A stretch of 64,000 bases of DNA from Geosiphon pyriformis uo1 (taxonomy: Eukaryota; Fungi; Glomeromycota): assembly GCA_016748015.1 (NCBI GenBank), contig JAAOMT010000591.1, positions 323,532 to 387,531 on the forward strand, given 5' to 3'. A model generated the notes under the pieces. The model searched no databases, had not been told where the DNA came from, and saw only the letters and a program-made list of their open reading frames with translations. The translations under genes were made by a program, and so were the position numbers. Shown one piece after another: positions 26,570-38,262 of the stretch (position 1 is the stretch's first letter; each line of letters begins with the position of its first letter).

Positions 26570-27839
26570 AGGATAATACCCACCAAAATACACACGACAA
26601 CAAAGAGAACATTTGTGCAAACAATCAAATTTCTATTTGATTTGCCAGAACCAACTTTATAAAAAAAATAAAAAAGATTCTAACCACCCCCAGAGAGTTA
26701 TCAGATTTGAAGAAAGAAAAATTGTGATCTACAATATGCATACTGATCCATTAGCTGGACACTTTGGAAAAACAAAAACAATTCAAAAAACTCTAGCTTG
26801 CTATTATTGGCCTACCTTGGGAAAAAACATTGCTGAATACATTAAAACCTGTGATATTTGCCAAAGAAAAGGAAAACCCAATCACAAAAAAAATATCCAT
26901 CCAATCTCTGTTGGTCAACCCTTTGACAGAATTGGTATAGATGTTGTTGGATCTTTAACAATAACTCCTAATGGCAACAGATACATTATCACAGCTACTA
27001 ACTATCTTACAAAGTGGATAGAAGCAAGAGCCACTCCAGACCAAACAGCAGTCTCAATAGCCAATTTCATTTATGAAGATATTATTTGTCGCCATGGCTG
27101 CCCCAAAGAACTTTTATCTGACAGAGGAAGAGCTTTTCTCAGTACACTTGTTGAAGAACTTTGCAGAAAAATGGGAATACGTCACAAACTTTCCTCTTCT
27201 TATCACCTCCAAACAAATGGCCTAGTAGAATGTTTCAATAGAACACTATGTGAAACCCTAGCCAAAACCAGTGAAGAAACAAATTTATGGGACAAAGTAC
27301 TGCCTTCAGCTTTGTTTGCTTATAGAACTGTAAATTATGACATAACAAGTTATGAATCCTTTTATTTACTCTATGGATGCATGGCAACCCTATCAATAGA
27401 ACCTAACATTGAGACAATACCCTTTGAAGAAATAACAATAGGGAATTACAAAGACATTTTGCAAAGAAGACTTGGTATCATTCTTGACTCATTAGTAGAA
27501 GCACAGATAATTGCCTTTGAAAAGATAAAACAATTCCAAGAGAAGCTTAAGAAAAAGAAAACATATAAAACACTTTCCTTAAGTGTTGGTGACTTAGTTT
27601 TAGAATACTGTTCAGACAGAGACAATGTCTATGATAATAAATTCTCTAGCTGGTGGAAAGGACCCTTTGTAGTCAACAAAGTTTTGAACAATGGTTCTTA
27701 TATCTTACAAAATCAATATGGAACAATCTTTAATGATTGCCCTGTTTATGGTACACGACTCAAGAAATATCACAAATGACCTGATTGGTTACCTGTTGTA
27801 GTAATACCAACCCAAATGATTAACAAAAATCAGATATAA
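26526..27839 (+). pseudogene. A integrase (separate ORF; start decayed ATG>ATA)
   Basis: HHCC (H..PLAGHFG...CDICQ), IGIDVVG, LSDRG, TNGLVE, WKGPF. In a different frame from RNase H. No chromodomain. Confidence 0.9.
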
Positions 27840-27880
27840 ATAAATGCACCATTCCCAAAACAGAGGTATCTTCAATTGAC

Positions 27881-28496
27881 ATGAACAATTATTTTCTAGA
27901 TCAAAACATTCAAAATGCTTTCTACACTCTCCATGAATACTGGATCAAAAATTATCCAAATGCTACTCTGACCATTGGAAAACAAACCACCATAACTGAT
28001 AACAATGAAACATATACTGTTATTAGACCAAAAAAAACCACTACCAGAAGAGAAAAAATTGGTAGCAAAATAGATAAGTATTTACTAGAAAGCATAACAG
28101 CAGCAATACTTACACCTTCCATGACAATTGGAAAAATGATTAAGGAAATCTTGCCCATAGACAAAACTTGTCATATGGAAGGCAACTAAAACTCTATGGT
28201 TGTCTTGGTAAAATCATAGAAGAAATGAAGCTCATGAAGAAAACAACTTCAGAGATACAAGTGGAAATTTTGGACATTATACGTTTAGATGTCTTAAGAA
28301 TTTTGACCATTGCAAGAAGAGCCAAAACTCTTATACAAAGTTTTGGTCTCTTGAATACAAAGCTTATTTCACCTTAAGTACTATATACTCTATCCACAAA
28401 AGACTTCAACAAACTAGTTAGTTTTGAGTTAGACAAAACCCTTCAATTAGAATACCCTATAAATAGCTTGATTTTGCCAGAGCTCAATCTCTTTGA
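27881..28496 (+). pseudogene. A ORF3, unknown ~200-aa protein
   Basis: ATG 41 nt after the IN stop. ORF pieces 27881-28189 and 28168-28377 continue to the PPT. Confidence 0.65.
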
Positions 28497-28505
28497 AGAG
28501 GATAA

Positions 28506-29159
28506 TGTTATGGTTGAAACCCATAATTTTTATTAGTTATCACATGTATTAGTTACTGATGTCATATAATTAGCCATTTTATTTTTAGATAGTGATTATT
28601 GACCTGATCAATGACCTGACCGTTGACCTGGTTATTGACCACTTTCAATAGCTATATAAGCAATAAGTCTCTTAGCTGTAGAAAATCATCTCTCAGAGAA
28701 GAATTAAATAAATAAAAATAACAACTTTCATCTTAATCACTCTTTTATTGCTAATTTCTCTTTTCCTACCTTCAAATATCCAAACATCTTAGGATAAAAG
28801 ATTACTTGTTGGCCTTTTTCTGTTTGAATAATTGTAGTATTTGAAGATTATTTGAATAAACGTGACTGAAGAGCACAAGTTGATACCTGATATTGAATTC
28901 TAAGAGTGCCAACATGAGGCATAGAATTATACCAGCAGTTATCAATTGTTGACAGTACGGACTATCCCTCTACCTTCAGATTCTCTTGTTACCTTTTGAA
29001 AAGAATAGCAACTGAGATATTTTATGAGACTGATCTCGCACATTGAATCCATACTCATTCAATTTGCTCATTAAAGTTGAATCCTCTTTGATTATTTCCA
29101 TCACCCTACAATCCTGTTTTCCCTTGCTATCCGTTAGCTTATTACTCCAACCCATAACA
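28506..29159 (+). repeat. Element A 3' LTR
   Basis: Preceded by PPT gaagaggataa. Confidence 0.95.
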
Positions 29160-30268
29160 ATATTTTTATATATTATTGGCCAATAGTATAAATTTATTGT
29201 TTTTTCTAGAGTAAGATCTTTATTAAAGTGTTTATAATTGGATTAGAGTACATATCATGCAAACAATTTCTTTTTTATTGTTTTTTATAATTTATTGTAG
29301 GATAGTGCAGTTTTAGTATTCTTAATAATATAGTTAATTGTACTAAATAAAATATTTATAAGCTTGTTTTTGTATAACATTTTGTTTTTATTAAGATAGT
29401 TTTTTTTGAACTGTAATATTAATAAATACTGATATAATTACTAGTAAGTGGTTGTGTTTATAAGTCTGAAGTCAAATTTGTCTTATTTTTAACAAACTGT
29501 TGACATTGATGTTCTTGATTCTTTTTTTATAATATATCTTATATAAGAATTATTGCAAATAAGTACTTTATTATATATATTTTTCTTTTAGTTGTGGCTT
29601 ATTAAGTAATCAAATAAGTTTTTTGTGATCTATATATAAATCAAATAGTTAATAAAAGTAGTATTTCCAATTTTGTACTGCTATTATGGGTGATTATTTG
29701 GGTGATTAGAAACAAATAACAAATCTGTAACTTGGTGCTTAATAGTTGATATAATTGGTGATATCTAAAAATTTTGGTGTCTAAAGATTTTGGTTAAGTT
29801 TTTTGTATAATGAACAGAAATTCAATGATTGATATCTTGGTGTGATGTTTCTAGTTTTTTTTTCAACTTTTGAGTTGGTATGCATTGTTATTTGTAGTCT
29901 TCCAGAATGATTATTTTATTAATTTTTTTCTCAGCTTGATAGTCAGTTCTTTGATAAGCTATCTCTTAATTCTGAGTGTCTATCCTTAATTCTAAGTCTT
30001 TTACCAGTTCTTTTAACATCAATGATTCTACATATTTGATTTTTTAATTAATTAGTAAACAATAAAACAAAAATAAATAAATAAATAAAAATAAATAAAA
30101 AGAAAAAATTAGTATCTCATTAATAGCCATAATCAAAAGCTATTGTTTCAATGTATTTAAGTATTAGAGTCTATCAACACTCTATGTTGATAGAGTCAGG
30201 AGGATTAATATTTTTTAATCAAATGATAATAACATAAATTCAAGTAGTAATTGATAATTTATTGATAT

Positions 30269-31124
30269 TATTACAGATGATTATTTGGAGTCTCAAGTCA
30301 AATAACAAATCTGTAATTTGGTGCTTAGTTGGTACTCAGATGTTGATATCTGAAGGTTTTGGTTGTGGAGTTCTTTGTATAATGGACAGAGATTTAATAG
30401 TGTTTTCAATAGCCTCCTGGAATTGCAATTCCATCAAATTTTTTTCTTAGCATGGTGGCTGGTAATCCTCCTGGTAAGCTATCTTCAAATCTATGAGTGT
30501 TCTACTCTTGTTTCACAGGTCTTTTACCAGTTCCTATGACATCTGTATCTTAGCACTTAATTTTTAATCAATTTAGTAAAACCAAAGAAATAACAAAAAG
30601 AAATAAAAGCAAACAAAAAAAGATAAAAAAATAAACAGAAGCAATTGCAAGTTAGTATCTCATCAATAGCCGTGATCAAGAACTATTGTTCTAGTGTGGT
30701 TAAGTATCAATTACTATTAACATGAAGTGTTAATAGTGGAGAATAAGTTGAGATAGTGAATAATTATTTATTGATATTTGTGATGTGGAAGGTTTTGAAC
30801 TAATGAATTCTGCTCTTTCTACTTCTAACACTATCACTATATATACATAATTAATGTTCTACAAGATTGCTCACATTTCCAAGTGATGTGCTATAATTTC
30901 TTGAGTAATGCTCACATTGCTGAGTAATGTGCTCTCATTTTTTAATATCACTCTACATTGCTGAGCAATGTGCTGTGTTTTTTGATATTGCTCTATATTG
31001 CTAAGCAATGTGCTATGATTTCTATCATTGCTCTACATTGCTGAACAATGTGCTCACATGCTATATACTATTCGCTTATTGGTCTACTATTTTCCCTATA
31101 TCTGTTTTCTTTTTATGAGTAACA
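30269..31124 (-). mobile_element. Solo LTR F inserted in the LTR of X
   Basis: 856 bp with TSD ATAT (30265-30268 / 31125-31128). R/U5 is homologous to B/C/D LTRs; U3 carries TGCTGAGCAATGTGCT repeats. Confidence 0.85.
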
Positions 31125-32468
31125 ATATGTAATATGGATTTAAACTGCTTTTAACTGAGTGTTTTTGCTATAAATTCTAGCTGAGAATTCTAATAGTATG
31201 TTTTAGCTAGTGTTATTTATAAAATATAGGAAGTATATTAGTATATAAATTAGCCAATCAAAAGTAGCCATAGTAGATATGGAATTCTAGGATTCCAGGA
31301 ATTTCAGAATTTTTCTCAAGAGGAATCACAAGATTTACAAAAAATTGCAGGATTCCAGAATTTCAAGATTCTTGGTGTGAAAAATTAAAAAATTGAGGAA
31401 TCTTAATTATGTATATATAGCAACAGTGTTAGAAGTAGAAAAAACAGACCTCTTAGTTTAGATTTAATCTAAGCAACCTTTCACATCACAAATATTAATA
31501 AATAATTATTCTTATCTCAATCCACTCTCCACTATCAACATGAAGTGTTGATAGTAATTGATATTTAACTATGCTAAAACAATAGCTCTTGATTATAGTG
31601 TTACAGATGATTATTTGGGGTCTCAAATCAAATAACAAATCCATAACTTGGTGCTCAATTAATAATGTGGTTGGTAATTTCTGAAGGTGTATTTATCTGA
31701 AAGTTTTGTTGTAGAGTTTTTTGTATAATAGATAGAAATTTAATTGTTATCTTCTTAGTAGTCTTCCAGAATCGCAATTCTGTCAAATTTTTTTCTCAGC
31801 GTAGTGGCCAGTAATTTGGCAAAGATGCTCTTCTGATAAGCTATCCTTAAAATTTCAATTTCTATACTCTTTCTTTGGGGTCTTTTACCAGGCTATTCTT
31901 AACATCAATAACTTAGTGCTTAATCTTCAATTAATTAGTACAATAATATAATAACAAAATTAAAAAAAATAAAAGAAAATAAGCCAAGACAATGAATTTT
32001 AGTATTCTGTTAATAGCCATAATTAAGAGCTATTGTTCCAGTGTGGTTTAAGTATCAATTGTTATTAACATAAAATGTTGATAGTGAAGAGTAGATTTGA
32101 GATATTGATATTTGTAATGTGGAAGGTTGCTTTAGATTAAATCTAAACTTGAGAAATCTGTAACTAAAAGGTTCTGTCTCTTTCTGCTTCTAATACTACT
32201 GCTATATATACATAATTGAGATTCCTCAATTCCTTAATTTTTCACACTAGGAATCCTGGAATTCTTAGAATTTTACAATTTCTTTTGAGAGGAATTCTAG
32301 AATTCTGGAATTCTGTGATTTCTTGTACAAGAATTCTGAAATTCCTGGAATCCTGCAATTTCTCTTGAGAGGAATCCTGGATTTTTACATTTACTATAGT
32401 TACTTCTAATTGGCTATTTATATGTTAATATACTTCTTATATTTTATGAGTAACATTATCCCCTCTTT

Positions 32469-33123
32469 TTAATATTAAGCTCCATTAAGATTTCCTAATT
32501 TTAACTCTCTGTTATTAAGTATTTCTTGGACTTTTTTTTCAAGTATTATTTGTGTTATTCTGTTTTGTAGTTCTTCAAATTGGGTGTTGGTTATTTTTCT
32601 CATTTGGTTAACTGTAATGGAGTCCATTTCTAAGTAAGATTTCTGGTTTGTCTTAGAATCCAGTATATAGCCAATAGATGGCTCTTGCTTGTGTATTCAA
32701 ATTGTTCTTTCCCACAAATTGTCTTAGTTGTTGCAGTATTGTTGTATTAAATAATTGTTTTGTTTTATTCATATATAAATTCTGAATGTTTAAGTATTGT
32801 CCCAAGTGGAAATAACAAAAGTTCCTTGAAAATTCATGTATCCACTATTTCCAAGTTTTTTTGGTTAACTTTTGATATGTGGTGACACTTATTGGTTCTT
32901 CTATTATTAATTTTATTTTCAGAACTATTTTGTTGATAGTGTTTTCTGTTTTCCTTTGACTTTTGTATTTGGGCATCTTTCTGGTATCTTGGTATCAAAT
33001 GGTTTGTTGGTTGATAGTAATTTTCATATTCTGTTGTTGAATCAGTTGGAATAGTTATTGTGCTAGTATGTAAATGTCATCAGTAATTTCCATTTTTTTG
33101 AAGTCTTCTATCACATTTACCAT
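32469..33123 (-). pseudogene. C ORF3, unknown ~218-aa protein
   Basis: Colinear with B ORF3 (46005-46664); starts aaagacATGgta. Confidence 0.7.
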
Positions 33124-33149
33124 GTCTTTATATACTTTTTTTATTGTTC

Positions 33150-34519
33150 AATTCTATGTGTTTGATCCAATAATTATAATTGGTTTCAGATTTCATGGAA
33201 TCTTATCTGGTTGGATTAGTATTCACTATACTCCTAATTGTGGAATATTACTGATGGATGATAACACTATATGGTAATATGGTTTTAGTTAATCACTATG
33301 GCTAAAATTTTGTTGTTCTATCTTAATTTATAAGCTCTATTTCTAAGAATTTCTTTTATGTAAAATGGTCTATCCTATTTAGAGTCAAATTTTTCACTCC
33401 ATTGTTTTTTCACTTTGGTATGATATAAAAGTACTTTGTCTCCAATCTTGAATTCTACTGGTTTATCTGGTAGTTGGTTATCATGTTTTTTTTTTGTTTT
33501 TTTTGTGACTTTTGGATGTTATTAGCTGCTTTTTGCCATTTGTTTTCTAGAGTTTTTATCAAGTCATATGTTCTTTTTAGCAATTTTTTCTGAAAATTTT
33601 CTTCAGTTATTGGTTCTGTTAGATAAGTGTTGACTTCTATCTCAACTGGTAATGTTACTGTTCTACTATATACTAATTCAAATGGTATTGCTTGTGTAAT
33701 ATCTTGCTTCATTGTCTGATATGCCAATAATAGTAATGGTATAAACAAGTTCTATTTATTTTGGTTTTCTTGACTGATTTTGGTGATGGCTTCACACAAT
33801 GTTCTGTTAAACCTTTTAACTAATCCATTTGTTTGTGGATGGTATAATAATAATAATGGTCTTTTGATTCCAAATCTTTGACTTAATTCTACTAGTGTTC
33901 TATTCACAAAGTGGGTTCCTTGGTCTGATAATAGTTCTTTTGGATATTCATGTTGACATATCAAATCTTAATAAACAAATTCGGCAATGAATTCTACATC
34001 TGCTCTTTGAATGGCTTTTGCTTCTGACCATTTAGTAAGATAGTCTATGGCTACTGCAATATATCTATTGCCTCTGCTGATTATGGTTAATAGTCCAACT
34101 AAGTCAATTCCAATGCAATCAAATAGTTGTCACACTTTGATCAGTTTCAATGATTCACTGAGATTTGTTCTATCTCTTCTCTGACAAGCATCACAATTTT
34201 GAACATATTAGATAATGTCTGGATATATTGATGACCAATAGTATCTTTTTCTGGTTCTTTCTATAGTTGCTTCTTTATAAAAATGTCCTGCTGTTGGATC
34301 TAAGTACATGTTGAATAATATTGTCTCTTTCTTTGGTTCTGTAACTACTCTAATTGGTTGATCTGGATTTCTTTTGTTTTTCTGGTAAAGTATATTTTAA
34401 TGATTGATAAAATATTTTGATTGTTGTTTTATGTTGTTTTGTTCCTTTTAAGATAATTTCTCCTTGAACAATTGGGTATCTATATAATGTTGGAGTTGTT
34501 TGTATTTTTGTATATTCAT
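33150..34519 (-). pseudogene. C integrase (separate ORF)
   Basis: ATG at 34519, 31 nt after the RNase H stop (34551). PKELLSDQGTHF, YHPQTNGLVKRFNRTL. Confidence 0.88.
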
Positions 34520-37500
34520 CTTTTTGTTATATTTTTGGATTGAAATGTTTTTAGGTTTGTTTTATTCGTGACAATCCATCAGCATTTCCATTGTCTTTTC
34601 CTTTTTTATAATGTACTGTATAATTAAATAGTGAAAGTTCTATTTTCCATTTAGCATGATGATTGTTTACAAACTCTTGTTTCTGGATTGAAGTCAATCC
34701 TTTGTGATCAGTGTACATATCAAACTTTTGACTCAAGTATTCTTTTTATTTGATGACAGCCCAATAAATAGCTAAGTGTTCTAGTGCTAGAGTTCCATAG
34801 TTCTTTTCAGCTGGACTTAAGCTTTTACTTGTATAAGCTACTAGATGTTCTCTTCTGTTTGGTCCTTTCTGAGATAATACTGCTTCCAATGCTTGACCAG
34901 ATGCATCAATTGTGATTATGAATGGTTTGCTATAATTTGAATAGATTAATACTGGAGCTTGAATAAGCTTTCTTTTTAATGTATTAAAAGCTTCTTGTTA
35001 AATTTCTGTCTATTCATATTTGGTGTTCTTTGTTTGAAATTGGTGTAGTAGTTGAGCTATTTTGGAAAAATTCTTGATAAAATGGCAGTAATATCCAGCA
35101 AATTCCAAGAATGCTCTCAATTCTGTAAGATTATTTAGTACTAGAAAGTTTTTGACAATCTCAATCTTGTCTGAATCTGTTTTAATTCTATCTTTGCTTA
35201 CAACATGTTCTAAAAACTTGAGTTCAGTTTTTCCAAAGAAACATTTAGTTGCATTTAGCTTTAATTTGACTCTTTTTAGTCTTTCAAACACTTGTTAGAG
35301 ATAATACAGATGATTATCGAATGTTTTTGAGAACACATTGGTGTTATCCAAGTATACAATTACTGATTTCCATAGTAGCCTAGTATAAACAATTTCCATA
35401 AGTCATTAGAAAGTGGCTGGAGCATTCATCAAGCCAAATAATATTACTTTAAATTCAAAGTTTTCTTCTCAACTTGTGAAAGCTGTTTTCTCTTTGTCTT
35501 CTGGTTTTATGGCTACTTGCCAGTAACTACTGTCTAAGTTTAAAGTTGAAAACCATTTCTTTTCTCCAAAAGCATTAAAAAGTTCTTGGATTTTTGGAGT
35601 TGGGTAGCTGTTTCTTTTTGTTACTCCATTCAGTTTCTAATAATCCACACAAAAGCAGATTTTTCCATTTTTCTTATGAACTAGTACCACTGGTAAATGA
35701 CCATGGACTCATTAATGACTGAATTAGCCTGTTGTCAAGCATCCGATTGATTTTTTGATGAATGATCTCATGGCTAGCTGGTGGTACTCTGTATGCTCTC
35801 TGTTTAATTGGCATTGCATCTCCAGTCTTGATTTGATGTTAAATGATGTTAGTTCTGCCAAATTCGTTTTTGCTGGCAAAAATGTCATTAAAATTGTTGA
35901 GTAACATTTTGAGCTGCATATGTTGTAGTGAATCTAAGTTTCCCATGTTTATTTGTTCTAATTGCTCTGGTTGGAGCAAATAACATTCATTTTGTTCATA
36001 TATTGTTTGCAATGTAATATTTACATATCTGCAAAGTTGTAAAAAGTTTGGAATGATGTCTGACAGTTGGTTTTTAATTTTGGTGGTTAAGTATCTAATA
36101 GTTGTTTCTTTTGGTATTCTAATGACATCTCCTGTATTGTTGTAGATGGAAATTTTTATGTGACCATGGTTCTTGGCTGATATGTGTAAATTGACTAATC
36201 CAATCTCTCCTAATTTGTAAAGTGTTGCTTCTGCCTCAAAAATTTGAACCTGATCCTTCACTTTTTTTTCTATAACTACCATGTACTGGTCATATAGTGG
36301 AATGAAAATTGATTGACAAGTGGAGATAATTTCTCCCTTGTCAACAATTTTTTCCTCTGCCATATTAATTGGTATATTTATTCTACCCATTAATTCAAAT
36401 TCCTATATTTCTCTAGCTGTGATCCCTAATTCTTCCCTGTTTCCCACTAGTACTAATTGAGCTACTTTCACCAGAGACAGGAATATTGCCTGTGCTATCT
36501 TTTTGTTTGGCTCTATTATATAGTCTTTTTCTGAGTTATTTTGTAGTATAGCAATAATATTTTTTACATATCCTGTGTCAATTATTCCTCCTCTAATGTT
36601 GATTCCCCTTTTTGCTAAACTATTCCTGAAAACTAGTTGAACCATTGTTGTTGCTGAAATTTCCAGTGCTATTTTCAGATCAATGTAAGTGCACGAATGT
36701 GGTTCCAATTTGATGGCATTCTTTTCTGGATATCTCAAATCAAACCCTGTATCAGTATTATGTACATGTTCTGGCATAATACCTTTATTGTTATTACTGA
36801 ATTATTTCAGTTTCTGCTCCTTGGTAAGGTCAAGGAGTGTGATATATGTTTCTGGGTTTGAATCAAAGTCTGAATTGTTGTTATTTTTGTTGCCATATTG
36901 AGCAGAGCTGAAATCATTATTTTCATCATTATTATTGTCAGAGTTTGAATCGGGATTGAAAGTTGATTCCAATTCTAATGTGCAGTTGTTGATTGGTTTT
37001 TCCTCTTCTGGAATTGTGTAGATCATGCATGTTAGTAGATTGTAAATGAAGTCACACTCATTACAATATTGAAAGTTACATGGAATCAAACAGTGGTCAT
37101 ATAGTCTTGTGTTTATTTCTTTCAGATGTTGTTCTTGTTCTTTTCTTGTTGGTGCCAAGTTTTGATAGTGCTCATAAAATTCCTCTGGGCCTGCCTTAAT
37201 ATCCAAGAAGATGTCTGGATTGGGGATAAGGATTATGTCAACTAGTTCTGAAGGATTGTTCTTTATCTCCAGAATCTTACTGATTAAAGTGCCTTTTATT
37301 TTGGCATTGGCCATTTGTCAAATCTCATCTTCATGGTTACTCATAGAAATATAGGGAATATATTAGCATAGTTATTAACCAATCAGAAGTAGACGTAGTA
37401 AAATGTGGAATTCCAGGATTCCTCTCAGGAATTGCAGGATTCCAGAAATTACAGAATTCTCACAAGGAATCACAGAATTCCAGAATTCCAGGATTCCTCT

Positions 37501-38262
37501 CAAAGGAATTGCAGAATTCTAGGAATCCCAGAATTCCTGTTGTGAAGAATTAAGGAATTGAGGAATCTCAATTATGTATATATAGCAGTAGGATTAAAAG
37601 CTAAAAAGACAGACTTCTTAGTTTAGATTTTATCTGAACAACTTTCCAAACCACAAATAAATAACTGTTTGTTATCTCAAACTCACTGTCACTATCAACA
37701 CTTCATGTTGATAGTAATCGATACTTAACTATACTGAAACAATAGCTTTTGATCACGGTTATTGATGGAATACTAACTTGCAAATTGCCTTGGCTTATTT
37801 TTTTTCTTTCTTTATTTTCTTTTCTTTTTTTTATTTTTTGCTTTGATTTTATTGTTGTTTATTAACTCTATTGAGGATTAACATGCAGGGTACTGACGTC
37901 AGGATAAACATGACTGGTAAAAGATCCAGAAATAAGAGTAGAACACTCAATTGAGGATAGCTTACCAGGAGAAATACTGGCCATCAAGCTGAGAAAGAAA
38001 TTGACAAAACTGCAGTTTTAGGAAGCTATGGATAAAACTATTATCATTGAATCTCTGTCTATTATACAAAGAACTCAACCAAACCCTTCAAATACAAATC
38101 TTTCAGACATAAATCTTCAGATCACTATCAACTGCAACTAGATTTAAGCACCAAGTTATGGGTTTGTTATTTAATTCAACACCAGAAATAGTCATCTGTA
38201 ACATTTGGTGCTTTCTGTGAGGTATAATCTTACAGAAAACCAGCACCAACACAAATTTAAAA

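Larger units (their letters stand above)
21523..29159 (+). mobile_element. Element A: full-length Ty3/Gypsy LTR retrotransposon (7.6 kb, no dUTPase)
   Basis: 654-bp LTRs TGTTA..TAACA, TSD ATAT (21519-21522 / 29160-29163), PBS and PPT present. Order gag-PR-RT-RH, IN, ORF3. Confidence 0.95.
18030..31210 (-). mobile_element. Element X: old, highly decayed Gypsy derivative LTR-RNaseH'-IN-ORF3-LTR; hosts G, A, F and D
   Basis: 5' LTR pieces 29682-30268 and 31129-31210. RNaseH/IN remnants 29164-29681, 20120-21518 and ~18950-19170. PPT and 3' LTR start near 18272-18300. Colinear with 61427-63751. Confidence 0.7.

Noticed and set aside
27881-28496. ORF3 as a retroviral env gene
   Set aside because: Too short, with no visible signal peptide, fusion peptide or transmembrane segment.
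30865-31060. Spaced repeats resembling a CRISPR array
   Set aside because: Degenerate tandem units with related spacers inside an LTR U3; eukaryotic context and no cas genes.
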